A stretch of 64,000 bases of DNA from Eubacteriales bacterium (GCA_045602025.1 JAZSAT010000038.1:36157-100156); one strand, 5' to 3'. Positions 1 to 9,073 are shown, numbered from the stretch's first letter. A program made the numbers and translations. Notes: a model not told the origin generated them from the letters alone.

Positions 1-19
1 TTTTTTTATGCAGCTAAGA

Positions 20-47
20 AAAAAGAGCAGCTTTTGCTGCTCTTTTT
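20..47 (-). terminator. Rho-independent terminator after the FAD oxidoreductase gene
   Basis: The hairpin agagcagc/tttt/gctgctct (24-43) is flanked by an A-run and a T-run. It lies directly after the stop codon at 48-50. Confidence 0.6.
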
Positions 48-1565
48 TTATTTTTTCAAGAAGAGGTATTCTTTACCGTTTCTTGTTTTTGCATTGTGGA
101 ATTTCAGTGCAAATTCAGAGTAGTCCTTATCTTCCAGACCGGGAATCTTGCGGTAACCCTGGCCAATATTCCCCTTGTTGGCAACCAGAATATTCTGAAG
201 CTTGGGAATATCAACATCGCCTACCTTTACATTATCCTGGATCGCAAGAGCACTTGCAGTACCTGCTGCTTCACCCATTGCCATACAGCACATGATCAGT
301 CTGGTACCGCTCTGACCGGGTACATCAGAAGAAAGGTTACGGCCTGCCGCCAGAACATTATCCAGTCTCTTATGTACCAAAGCACGGAAAGGAATGTCGT
401 AGAAATACTGCTTGTCGCCGGGGATCAATTCAGACATAAAGATTCTCTTGGTTCCGTCATCCGGAGGCATCTGAGAGCCCCAACCGCTCATGTTGGAAAT
501 ATATGCCTCTTCACCGGAAGGAAGGGTACCCTTGAACCACTTTAAGTTACCGGACTTGGTAAAGCCGTGGATATCAAAGCCGTGGTAGCTGATTGCAATT
601 ACATCGTGGTGATTCTTAGCGGTAGCAATATCCATACCGGTTACGCGGTACTTACCGACGATTCTGCGGCTTTCGCGAACACCCAGGAGAGAACCGGTGT
701 AGGAAAGGTAGCTCTTTTCGAAGCCGGGAACATTTTCTTTGATGAATTTAGCAAGGATTGCAACCTGTTCTCTGCCCTCCAGATACATACGGGTCAAATC
801 CTCGTTCTTTGTGGGGAAGCAGTTTCTGGAGTGTGCAAAGCAAATGCTCACTTCGTCCATACCGCAATGCTCAGGACGGTCGGGAATATGGGTCATCCAG
901 TTCAAGTGGTTGTCGATATCGGGAATCTTGCCGTTGTCAATAGCGTCTGCAAGGAATCGGATCCACTTAGGGTCGTTGTTACGCAGATCACATTCCATAT
1001 ACTTGTCATAGTCTACACCGCCGAGAACAAATTCCAGGGAACAGCCCATGGACATGTGGTCCTTTTCGCGGCCAACCTCAACTTCGCCGCCTGCAAAGTA
1101 TACAAGATCAGAGTCGCCGGAAGCGTCAACAAAGGTTTTACCCATGATCGCTCTTCTACCTTCTTTGGTATGAACGATAACGCCCTTTACCGTGTCGCCG
1201 TCTACGATGGTATCTACAAGAGGCGTTACCAAAAGAAGGTCACAGCCTGCATCCTTTACCATACGGTCAAAAACGAGCTTATGCTTTTCGGGATCGGAAT
1301 TACGCTTGCGAAGACCGTTAATTTTTTCAAGCTCGGTAAATAGTTCCTGACCGAGACCGGAAAGGAAGTCCAAGGGAATGTTTACAAGACCCATAGTAGC
1401 AAGGCCCCCCAGAGCAGAGGTGTTTTCGATCAGGATGGTCTTTGCACCTGCCCTGCCTGCTGCAACGGCAGCACCCACACCGGCCATACCGCCGCCAACT
1501 ACAACTACATCATACTCACCGTAAAGGGGAGCATATTCTTCTTTGAATTCAGAAAAAGCAATCAT
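48..1565 (-). CDS. FAD-dependent oxidoreductase (FAD_oxidored-type, 505 aa)
   Basis: The N-terminal dinucleotide-binding motif is DVVVVGGGMAGVGAAVAAGRAGAKTILIE. The ORF is full length and an SD-like sequence (aaggagaaat) precedes the ATG. Confidence 0.85.
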   Translation of the reverse strand: MIAFSEFKEEYAPLYGEYDVVVVGGGMAGVGAAVAAGRAGAKTILIENTSALGGLATMGLVNIPLDFLSGLGQELFTELEKINGLRKRNSDPEKHKLVFDRMVKDAGCDLLLVTPLVDTIVDGDTVKGVIVHTKEGRRAIMGKTFVDASGDSDLVYFAGGEVEVGREKDHMSMGCSLEFVLGGVDYDKYMECDLRNNDPKWIRFLADAIDNGKIPDIDNHLNWMTHIPDRPEHCGMDEVSICFAHSRNCFPTKNEDLTRMYLEGREQVAILAKFIKENVPGFEKSYLSYTGSLLGVRESRRIVGKYRVTGMDIATAKNHHDVIAISYHGFDIHGFTKSGNLKWFKGTLPSGEEAYISNMSGWGSQMPPDDGTKRIFMSELIPGDKQYFYDIPFRALVHKRLDNVLAAGRNLSSDVPGQSGTRLIMCCMAMGEAAGTASALAIQDNVKVGDVDIPKLQNILVANKGNIGQGYRKIPGLEDKDYSEFALKFHNAKTRNGKEYLFLKK

Positions 1566-1614
1566 TTTATTTCTCCTTATTTATGGTCATATTTTATAGG
1601 TTTGGGTTCGATCG

Positions 1615-1800
1615 TTAAGCTTCGTAAGGCTCAATGGCACCGGGCTGGCATGCATCGTAGCAGCTGCCGCAACCGATGCATTTGGTTTCATCGATTACCG
1701 CGGAAACATCTTCCACAAGAGTGATGGCTCTTACAGGGCACTGATACAAACAAGTCATACAGCACTGACATCCACCTACTACATGATATTTCTTTGCCAT
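1615..1800 (-). CDS. Small 4Fe-4S ferredoxin (61 aa)
   Basis: I use the internal start MAKKYHVV. The protein has cysteine clusters CQCCMTCLYQCP and CIGCGSCYDACQPG. The longer 125-aa ORF overlaps the upstream gene and is rejected. Confidence 0.8.
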   Translation of the reverse strand: MAKKYHVVGGCQCCMTCLYQCPVRAITLVEDVSAVIDETKCIGCGSCYDACQPGAIEPYEA

Positions 1801-1817
1801 GATATTCATCTCCTTGT

Positions 1818-3062
1818 TTATTTCTTTAAAGCACATTCGTACTGTGCAAAGACACTTTTTACATCTCCCCGACCTACATCGGTCTGTATAGAATCGAAAA
1901 AGATCTTTTCTCCCCGGTACACAGGAGGGAAAATATCCCAAAGCTCTGTACCGTCGGGCATTTTTTTGCCGGTAAGATTTTCTGCCAGGCATTCGGTGCC
2001 GATCATATCGTCAGGCATTGGAATATGAAAGGGATCGGTATCCTCCACCGTCTCTTCCCCATCCTTCGGGGTGATACCCAAAAGGCGTTCCGATAAAAAT
2101 CTTGAGATTCGGTTGATATCCTCGATCTCCCAGGAATGGCGGGTAGGAGTCAATTCTTTTTCAAGATTTTCTTCTGCCGAAAGCTGAATGTAAGTATTCT
2201 TCACCTTGCGGTAGCATCTGAGAAAATGGTCCTGAGGCACCAGGTGATCAAATCTTCCACCCTCCAGAAGAAGAGGTTTCGGTGCGAACAAGCTGTAGAT
2301 CTCCCACATATTAGGGCCAAAGGCCGCGCCCAGGAGAAGATTACAGGAGCAGTGCTTTCTTTCCTTTTGCAGGATCTCTGAAAAATCAGAAGGATAACCG
2401 CCGGATGACAGCACCTTAAGATCAGGAACCAAGGCTCCGAGAAACATCCCAAGGGTTCCGCCGCCGGAATTACCGCAAGCTCCAAACCGTTCCGGGTCAA
2501 ATCTCTCATCCTTTTTCATAAATCGGATCAGCGCGATCATTTCCATCACGATCATTCCCTGAAGGGTAAGTCCGCAGTAGAAGGGGGCAAGGGCTGTCCA
2601 ATGATCGGAATTTTTGTATTCCTTGCTTCTGAAGTTCCGGTCGCCCTGGCCTAAATTATCCGCGATCATTGCCCCGATGCCAAGGCTTGCAAGTCTGTGA
2701 CCCATGACAGCGTAATCGTGTCTTCCTTTTTCTCCGTGACCGCAGAGAACAAATACTAAAGGAACCTTTTCCTCTTTTTCGGGAAGATATAAGGTAGCAG
2801 CTCCAAAGGTGCGGGGCCAGGTACGATACCGGTAACAAACAGTCTTGTACCCATTGTATTGCTTTGAGTCGAGCTCTTCCATCTGAGAAACAGTCGGAAT
2901 CAGATCTTCACGAAAACCGAGAAGCTTCTTTACTCCCTCCAAAATCTCCGGTCGATCCTTTTTCTCCCAAGGATGGGTGATCTTTTTTTCCAAACGCGCC
3001 GCCGCGAATCTTTTTTCATACTCATCGAAAAGCTCGTTTGTGCGTTGCCATTTTTCTTCCAT
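1818..3062 (-). CDS. Alpha/beta hydrolase (acetyl-esterase / dienelactone-hydrolase-like, 414 aa)
   Basis: It has a nucleophile-elbow GxSxG motif (CGNSGGG) and upstream LCGHGEKG. It is the first gene of a minus-strand operon with the ferredoxin and flavoprotein. Confidence 0.7.
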   Translation of the reverse strand: MEEKWQRTNELFDEYEKRFAAARLEKKITHPWEKKDRPEILEGVKKLLGFREDLIPTVSQMEELDSKQYNGYKTVCYRYRTWPRTFGAATLYLPEKEEKVPLVFVLCGHGEKGRHDYAVMGHRLASLGIGAMIADNLGQGDRNFRSKEYKNSDHWTALAPFYCGLTLQGMIVMEMIALIRFMKKDERFDPERFGACGNSGGGTLGMFLGALVPDLKVLSSGGYPSDFSEILQKERKHCSCNLLLGAAFGPNMWEIYSLFAPKPLLLEGGRFDHLVPQDHFLRCYRKVKNTYIQLSAEENLEKELTPTRHSWEIEDINRISRFLSERLLGITPKDGEETVEDTDPFHIPMPDDMIGTECLAENLTGKKMPDGTELWDIFPPVYRGEKIFFDSIQTDVGRGDVKSVFAQYECALKK

Positions 3063-3217
3063 TTTTGTCTCCCTTCCTTATAAACTCATTATATACCGCC
3101 TTTTACGGAAAAGCCATACACATACTTCCGAAAAAGTTGCACGATCTTCTGATTTTCTTCTTGCTATTTTTTTCTCTTTGCATTACAATAAAAGTACCAA
3201 AATTTAAAGGAAAAAAT

Positions 3218-4006
3218 ATGTTTTTACCATTTCAAGAGTTAAAAAACCGAGAATTCACCTTAAAAAACATCTATGTTTTTCACCAAAAACCCTCTTACCG
3301 CCGTCTGGATCCCAAGCCAAAAGGACGAAAAGCAAACGGCTTTTTGTACATTCTTCAAGGTGAAGGCCGCTATTCCTTCCCGGGCGGCAGCTTCCTTTTG
3401 TCCCCCGGCGACATCGTCTACCTCCCTTCGGGCTCGAAACACACCTTTGAGGTCCTCAGCGAAAAGATCGACTTCTACCGCATCGACTTTGATCTTTTCA
3501 TCGACGGCGAGGTGACCTTCTTTTCCGAAGGTCCTCTGAAAATGGCAGGCAGTGCCGATCGCAACCTTGTGAAAGCGATTTACGATCTTGCGGAAAACTA
3601 TGAGTTTGACAATGACACCGTTTCCAAAACGGCCTTGGTTTGTACCATCTTTCGGGCTCTCGGAAAAGAAAGTGTAGAAAAAAGCACCGCAAAGATCGCC
3701 CCTGCCGTTCATTATCTTTTAGAGCACCTAACGGAAAAGATCTCCTGCACCCACCTTGCCTCCCTTTGCTTTCTGTCCACCGCGCAGTTTTACAATCTTT
3801 TTCAGGAAGAGTATCATATGGCACCCTTGGAATACCGTTCTCAGCTTCTGTCTGACAAGGCAGCATACCTTCTGAAAACCGGAAGCTTTTCTGTCACCGA
3901 GGTATCGGAAATGATGGGTTTCGAAAGTGTCTCCTACTTCAGTCGTTTTTTCAAAAAACAGATTGGATACTCCCCCGCAGCATATATAAAAAAACAGAGC
4001 AGTTAA
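3218..4006 (+). CDS. AraC family transcriptional regulator (cupin + HTH, 262 aa)
   Basis: The start MFLPFQEL is preceded by aaaggaaaaaat. The N-terminal cupin-like part contains GDIVYLPSGSKHTF. The C-terminal AraC HTH contains VTEVSEMMGFESVSYFSRFFKKQIGYSPAAY. It is divergent from the hydrolase operon. Confidence 0.85.
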   Translation: MFLPFQELKNREFTLKNIYVFHQKPSYRRLDPKPKGRKANGFLYILQGEGRYSFPGGSFLLSPGDIVYLPSGSKHTFEVLSEKIDFYRIDFDLFIDGEVTFFSEGPLKMAGSADRNLVKAIYDLAENYEFDNDTVSKTALVCTIFRALGKESVEKSTAKIAPAVHYLLEHLTEKISCTHLASLCFLSTAQFYNLFQEEYHMAPLEYRSQLLSDKAAYLLKTGSFSVTEVSEMMGFESVSYFSRFFKKQIGYSPAAYIKKQSS

Positions 4007-4021
4007 ACTGCTCTGTTTTTC
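3992..4021. terminator. Bidirectional hairpin between the AraC gene and the sigma-like gene
   Basis: The hairpin is aacagagcag/ttaaa/ctgctctgtt followed by a T-run. The AraC stop codon sits in the loop. Confidence 0.55.
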
Positions 4022-4589
4022 ATGCACCCAAAAATACCACGCGGGCGCGATAATCTTCATTTCTGTGAAGCGCCGTACAGGAGGCAACGCTGCGGCTGAT
4101 TCTGTCAAGACTTACTTCTTTTCTTGGAAGCTTCTCCCTTACTCGATAGCGGGCCCGCTGGATACGAATCCGTTTCGGCTGTACCCGAAGCATTGCTTTT
4201 CTCAGCTCTTCTTTTGCTTTTTTACTGTGACGGTAAACCGTTCGTACACAAAAAAAACTCTGCTCTGCGATCTCTTCGTGGGTCAAGCCATAAAGATATC
4301 GGCAAAGAGCGATCTCCCGAAGCTGCGGAGATTCGATCAGAGAGATCGCTCTGGTAAGCCTGATGGCGTACCGTTCGCAAAGCCTTTGCTTTTTTTCAAA
4401 ATCCTGTCTCAATTTTTTCTCCGAGATCAAAACCGATGACAAAAGAGGGTCCTTTGCTCCTTCAAAGCGGCGAAGAAACGAGCGGTAAGCCCCGGAGGAA
4501 TATAGATTAAGGCTCCTCTCATCCTTTTCCGCACTGTGCTGCAGAAGACGGAAACGAGCAATGTATTCATCCAGCGTCATACAGCGCAC
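4020..4589 (-). CDS. Sigma-70 region-4-like HTH regulator (phage late-activator-like, 189 aa)
   Basis: It carries a region-4 type HTH, REIALCRYLYGLTHEEIAEQSFFCVRTVYRHSKKAKEEL. No region 2 is recognisable. It overlaps the small upstream ORF by 13 nt. Confidence 0.55.
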   Translation of the reverse strand: MRCMTLDEYIARFRLLQHSAEKDERSLNLYSSGAYRSFLRRFEGAKDPLLSSVLISEKKLRQDFEKKQRLCERYAIRLTRAISLIESPQLREIALCRYLYGLTHEEIAEQSFFCVRTVYRHSKKAKEELRKAMLRVQPKRIRIQRARYRVREKLPRKEVSLDRISRSVASCTALHRNEDYRARVVFLGA

Positions 4590-4792
4590 TCCTCAGGAAT
4601 GGAAAATCTTTCCAATGCATCAAGTCCTTCGCTCCGAACGCTTACAAGCTCTTTTCCAAGCTCCTCCCGAACCCAGCTTAACTCCTCCGAAATATCCGGG
4701 AGAACTTCGATCAGTGCATCGCTTGCATCTTCAATTTTTTCTTTGGCAAAGAGGATTGCCTCCTCTTTGACCGTTATGTATTCACGATTCAT
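4577..4792 (-). CDS. Small acidic hypothetical protein (71 aa)
   Basis: This ORF lies directly downstream of a consensus promoter and is coupled to the sigma-like gene. I recognise no family. Confidence 0.4.
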   Translation of the reverse strand: MNREYITVKEEAILFAKEKIEDASDALIEVLPDISEELSWVREELGKELVSVRSEGLDALERFSIPEECAV

Positions 4793-4832
4793 TCTTTACT
4801 CCTTTTCGTAATTTCTCCCATCGATCATCTGG

Positions 4833-4861
4833 ATTATATCACGATTTTTCGTAATTGTCAA
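4833..4861 (-). promoter_or_regulatory. Consensus sigma-A promoter (TTGACA-17-TATAAT)
   Basis: The minus strand reads TTGACA (4861-4856), then a 17-nt spacer, then TATAAT (4838-4833). It sits about 40 nt upstream of the 4792 start. Confidence 0.65.
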
Positions 4862-4865
4862 TACA

Positions 4866-4889
4866 AAATACGAACTTTCGTTCGTATTT
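4866..4889. promoter_or_regulatory. Perfect 10-bp-arm palindrome (operator or second terminator)
   Basis: The sequence aaatacgaac/tttc/gttcgtattt lies 4 nt upstream of the -35 box on the minus strand. Confidence 0.4.
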
Positions 4890-4894
4890 TTAGG

Positions 4895-4927
4895 TAAAAA
4901 AAGAAGCCGTTAAGGCTTCCTTTTTTA
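4895..4927. terminator. Terminator of the Gfo/TIM-barrel operon
   Basis: The hairpin gaagcc/gttaa/ggcttc is flanked by an A-run and a T-run and abuts the stop at 4928. Confidence 0.6.
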
Positions 4928-5911
4928 TTATTTTCTGTTCTGTCTGTAAAGCTCCCAAATGACCTTCAGGCTCTTAACAGCGCTTTCCAAGGGAACGGGA
5001 GATTCTTTTCCCTCTTCCAAAGCCTTGTAAAATTCTTCAATTAGGATGCTGTGGCCCTTACCCCAAACTTCCTTGCCGCGTCGCACACCCTTGGTGCCCT
5101 CGAAAACGATCTGGCCGTCCACAGAAAGACGGTCGCCGGAAAGGCGGAGATTTTTCTTCTCGCAGGCAATATCCACTTCCACTCTTGCGGATTTAAAGTA
5201 ACAGTTGGTTGCAAAGAAGATGCCCACCTTATCATCGGGATACTTCATAATGATGTGAGCGGTATCCTCCGTATCGTTATGGGGTCCTGTGGTATGGGTT
5301 GCGATGGCACCGGTTATGGATTCGGGTTCACCGAGAAAATACAAAAGAAGATCCAAGGAATGGATAGACTGATTGATCAGAACGCTCCCGCCTTCAGTAG
5401 CGATCTTTCCTCTCCAGGGGCTTTCGGTGTAATATTCACCGCCTCTTTTCCAGGTCACAATGGCTCTGCCGCCCAAAACCTTACCTGCCTCACCGGAGGC
5501 GATCATTTCTTCCGCAACACCGACTGCAGAAAGAAAACGGTTCTGGAAGCTAATGCAAAGGATGGCAGAAGAATTCTTCTCCGCCTCGATCAGAGCGGGA
5601 AGCTCCTCAGGTGTCATACAAGCAGGCTTCTCCAAAAAGACATTGATGCCTTTTTCCAAGGCATAGATTGCCATAGGCGCGTGGAGAAAGTGAGGGGTAC
5701 AAATATGCACTGCATCAGGCTTTTCCTTTTCCAGCATCTCCTTGTAATCGGTATAGATCTTCAGATCAAGACCTTCTCTGTCTATGGCAGCTTTCGCTGC
5801 ATTCGGATCAATATCACAAACCGCAGAAAAATTCACATTCGGCATTTCTTTTAAAATACCAATATGATTTTCGCTGATGGCACCGCATCCGATCAAAACT
5901 GCTTTTTTCAT
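4928..5911 (-). CDS. Gfo/Idh/MocA family oxidoreductase (327 aa)
   Basis: The start MKKAVLIGCGAISENH (Rossmann GxGxxG) has the SD aagaggaag. The 15-codon upstream extension lacks an SD. Confidence 0.85.
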   Translation of the reverse strand: MKKAVLIGCGAISENHIGILKEMPNVNFSAVCDIDPNAAKAAIDREGLDLKIYTDYKEMLEKEKPDAVHICTPHFLHAPMAIYALEKGINVFLEKPACMTPEELPALIEAEKNSSAILCISFQNRFLSAVGVAEEMIASGEAGKVLGGRAIVTWKRGGEYYTESPWRGKIATEGGSVLINQSIHSLDLLLYFLGEPESITGAIATHTTGPHNDTEDTAHIIMKYPDDKVGIFFATNCYFKSARVEVDIACEKKNLRLSGDRLSVDGQIVFEGTKGVRRGKEVWGKGHSILIEEFYKALEEGKESPVPLESAVKSLKVIWELYRQNRK

Positions 5912-6001
5912 ATTGACTTCCTCTTTTTCTGTTAAAAAGGGCTGTCGCACAGGCACGACAGCCCAAACTTTACTTGATTATAAATTAAGTGCGGAAAAAA
6001 A

Positions 6002-7222
6002 TCAATAGGTTCCGTCCAAATCAACGGGGCCGTCATTTGCTTTTACTTCCTTGCGACGGCTGGTCTTTACTCTCTTCATCAATTCTTCATAGTAAAGCTC
6101 CTCATCAATGGGAAGGGTAATGGTTTCATCCTTCCAGGAGGAAAGGATCATCGCATTTGCAAGCTCTACGCCGTGGATACCTTCTTCTGCACGGGCATAG
6201 AGAGGCTCAATGCCAAGAACCGCATTTGCCACATTGGAAAGAATACCTGCATGCTGGGGATTGGGTGCATCCACTTCAATTTCAATGATCTCAAAGAGAG
6301 GCTTCTTCATACCGCTGCCCTTATCGTTTGCATTGTATTCTCTCTCGTCGATCTCGTTCTTGTAGAAGGTAAGGGTGTTGGTTCTCTTGCGAGCTTCACC
6401 GTTGCCGGAAAATACATTTTCATATACAAGTTTACCCATGGTACCGGTTACCTCAAAACGGTTGGTGCCGGGGGTATCACCCGTAGTGGTAACAAAAAGA
6501 CCGGTTGCGCCGTTCTCATACTCAAAATATGCGGTTACATCGTCTTCTACCTCAATATCGCGCCACTTGCCTGCATGGCAGAATGCACGAACTTTCTTCG
6601 GCACCATGCCAACGATCCACCAAAACAGGTCGATATTGTGGGGAGCCTGATTCAGAAGAACACCGCCGCCCTCGCCGGACCAGGTTGCGCGCCAGTCACC
6701 GGAATCATAGTAGGTCTGAGTGCGGTACCAGTCGGTAATGAGCCAGTTGGTACGCTTGATCTCGCCAAGCTCTCCGTTTTCTACCATTTCCTTCATCTTC
6801 TTGAAGTAGGGATTGGTACGCTGGTTGAACATAATACCGAAGAGCTGATCGGGATGCTTCTTTGCTTCCTCGATCATTTCTTTCACCTGCTTGGTATAAA
6901 CGCCTGCGGGCTTTTCTACTACGATGTGAAGACCTGCCTTCAGTGCCTTGATGGCAATTTTAGGGTGATCGTAGTGAGGAACACCGATGATTACAACATC
7001 GCATTCACCGGAATTGATCAATTCTTCATCGCTGTTAAAGTATTTTACATTATCAAGAAGAGGATTTCCTGCATATTTTTCCTTAACAACCTCAAGCTTT
7101 TTGGGGTTCAGATCCGCAACCGCGGTGAGAATACCGTTCTCGATCTTACCGTCCATAAAGTTCTTCATGTGGGTGTGGCCGATGTTACCGGCACCGATCA
7201 TACCAAATCTTACTTTGTCCAT
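6002..7222 (-). CDS. Gfo/Idh/MocA family oxidoreductase (406 aa)
   Basis: It begins MDKVRFGMIGAGNIGHTH and contains the EKP motif (VVEKPAG) typical of the family. Confidence 0.85.
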   Translation of the reverse strand: MDKVRFGMIGAGNIGHTHMKNFMDGKIENGILTAVADLNPKKLEVVKEKYAGNPLLDNVKYFNSDEELINSGECDVVIIGVPHYDHPKIAIKALKAGLHIVVEKPAGVYTKQVKEMIEEAKKHPDQLFGIMFNQRTNPYFKKMKEMVENGELGEIKRTNWLITDWYRTQTYYDSGDWRATWSGEGGGVLLNQAPHNIDLFWWIVGMVPKKVRAFCHAGKWRDIEVEDDVTAYFEYENGATGLFVTTTGDTPGTNRFEVTGTMGKLVYENVFSGNGEARKRTNTLTFYKNEIDEREYNANDKGSGMKKPLFEIIEIEVDAPNPQHAGILSNVANAVLGIEPLYARAEEGIHGVELANAMILSSWKDETITLPIDEELYYEELMKRVKTSRRKEVKANDGPVDLDGTY

Positions 7223-8091
7223 GCCATATCCTCGCTTTCTTTAAATCCGTTTTTCTCAAGAACCTCTTTCAGGCTCTTTACTGCAAAGTCAAAGGATTCA
7301 TTTTTATCCTTGAATGCAAACTTGGTCTTAAATTCGCTCTTGTCAAATTCGCTGTATCCTTGGAACTTAAACAGGTGAGGCTCCATCGTAAGGAAGGAAT
7401 CTCCCTTGAAAATGTCATTGTGAAGGCAAATCGCTTCACCGATCAAACCGTCACCGTAGCCCGCGGGGACGATTTCTCCCTCATTTGTGCAATCTTTAAT
7501 ATGGAGATAATCAATATAAGGCATTACAAGCTTCGTTGTCAGTGCCTGATCTACACCTGCCTTGCGGTAGTTGGAGGGGTCGAAAATACCGCCGATCTCG
7601 GGAACATTTTCGTGAATGTCAAGGACCTCTTCCATCTTTTCGCCGTAAATGAGCGCTTCATTCTCATGCATCAATTGAATGCCCTGCGTTTCAGCATATG
7701 CGCAAAGCTTGTGGAGTCTTTCCAAAACCTCTTCGCGGTAATCTCTGGGATTTTCTCCTTCGGGAATGAAGTAGGAGAACATACGGATCCTCTTTGCCTC
7801 TAAAATGTGACAGATCTCACACAGACGGCGAAGAGATTCCAAAGAATAATCGAAAAATTTGGTGATATCCGTTTTGCCCAAACGGCTACCGATCGCAGAA
7901 ATGCCGATGCCGTTTGCATCCAGCTTTGCTTTTACCTCGCGTGTGGTGGCATTGGACTGTGCATCGATAGGACCGGTCTCAAGGCCGCGAAGCTCGATAA
8001 AGCGAATACGGTTTCTCAAAAGGGCTGCGATCTGGGTATCCAGTTCCTTTCCTGCTTCATCTGCAAATGCAGAAAGATAATACTTTGCCAT
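7210..8091 (-). CDS. Sugar phosphate isomerase/epimerase (xylose-isomerase-like TIM barrel, 293 aa)
   Basis: TIM-barrel family features include HENE (LMHENEALIYG) and HIKD (YLHIKD). It overlaps the downstream Gfo gene by 13 nt. Confidence 0.8.
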   Translation of the reverse strand: MAKYYLSAFADEAGKELDTQIAALLRNRIRFIELRGLETGPIDAQSNATTREVKAKLDANGIGISAIGSRLGKTDITKFFDYSLESLRRLCEICHILEAKRIRMFSYFIPEGENPRDYREEVLERLHKLCAYAETQGIQLMHENEALIYGEKMEEVLDIHENVPEIGGIFDPSNYRKAGVDQALTTKLVMPYIDYLHIKDCTNEGEIVPAGYGDGLIGEAICLHNDIFKGDSFLTMEPHLFKFQGYSEFDKSEFKTKFAFKDKNESFDFAVKSLKEVLEKNGFKESEDMAWTK

Positions 8092-8106
8092 GATTTTCCT
8101 CCTTTT

Positions 8107-8874
8107 TTAGCACCAATTCTGCTTTTTACAATATTCAATGCTACGGCGCATCTCGTCCAAAGGATCGGGCTTTTTGGAAGCGTTGTCCTGTTCAACAAGT
8201 GCATTGACACAGCCGTTTGCCTTCAGTGCCTCATACGCCTCGGGAAGGTTGACGACGCCCTCGCCCAGAGGACAGAAATCCTTCTGATCCAAAGGCTCGC
8301 GAATGTCCTTCAGGTGCGCATTTTCAATTCTTCCCTTAATACGGCCAAGCGTTTCGGGAACACTTCTTCCCGCATAGTGGATCCAGCAAACATCTGCAAT
8401 GATATCCCAGTTTACATCTTCTACCAGATGGTCGAAAATGCATCTGCCGTTATCCAAGGCTTTGAATTCAAAATCGTGATTGTGATATGCAAAGCGGAAG
8501 CCTTCGTCCTGCAAACGCTTTGCCACATCATCAAACAGGCCCATAAATCTCTTGGTGGTTGCGATGGTGCCGTCTCTCCACTTGGGAGGCATGGAACCGA
8601 TGCCCACAACAGGAATATTACAAACCTTGTGGAATTCAATAATATTCTTAATATTCAGAAGCAAACGCTCGGGATTCTGATGTGTGATCACGATATCCAA
8701 TCCGAATTCCTGCGTAAAATCTCTCAATGCATAAGGATCGATGGCGATCATAGCAGATCCGCTTGCCTGAATATTCTGATAGCCCATCTCTTTGATTTTT
8801 CCTAAAGTAGAACGAACATCCTCCAGGGTATCCATCGTTCCGTTTAAGGAAAACATTTGTGCGCCGATTTTCAT
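8107..8874 (-). CDS. Sugar phosphate isomerase/epimerase (xylose-isomerase-like TIM barrel, 255 aa)
   Basis: It contains YHNHDFEF and AHLKD motifs. It is the first gene of the 4-gene minus-strand operon. Confidence 0.8.
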   Translation of the reverse strand: MKIGAQMFSLNGTMDTLEDVRSTLGKIKEMGYQNIQASGSAMIAIDPYALRDFTQEFGLDIVITHQNPERLLLNIKNIIEFHKVCNIPVVGIGSMPPKWRDGTIATTKRFMGLFDDVAKRLQDEGFRFAYHNHDFEFKALDNGRCIFDHLVEDVNWDIIADVCWIHYAGRSVPETLGRIKGRIENAHLKDIREPLDQKDFCPLGEGVVNLPEAYEALKANGCVNALVEQDNASKKPDPLDEMRRSIEYCKKQNWC

Positions 8875-8987
8875 AGAAGAACTCCTTTTCTTATTTTGAT
8901 TTCGGTCTTGCTTTTATGCCATTATACTACATATCTTATTATAAATGCAAGCATTTGAAAGTTCCATTGTGAATATCGTTAAAACTA

Positions 8988-9016
8988 TTGCAAATCTTGC
9001 TTTTCTTTGGTAAAAT
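8988..9016 (+). promoter_or_regulatory. Putative promoter TTGCAA-17-(TGg)TAAAAT
   Basis: The -35 is at 8988-8993 and an extended -10 is at 9008-9016. It lies about 58 nt upstream of the GT2 start. Confidence 0.45.
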
Positions 9017-9073
9017 ATTTTCGTTTCGAATAACCTTGGAACCCCCGCAAAAAAGGGGAAGGAGAAGTAAAAA

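Noticed and set aside
1801-1992. 5' extensions of track ORFs: 1615..1992, 3038..3217, 5912..5956, 17221..17241, 24713..24769, 38654..38680, 40179..40274, 41936..42214, 42857..42964, 43576..43704, 46215..46544, 52357..52404 and 63208..63351
   Set aside because: Each extension overlaps a neighbouring gene, riboswitch or promoter and lacks an SD. An internal start with a good SD begins the recognisable domain.
6173-8805. 401-aa and 332-aa plus-strand ORFs (6173..7378, 7807..8805)
   Set aside because: They are antisense to the Gfo/Idh/MocA and TIM-barrel genes and have no family features.
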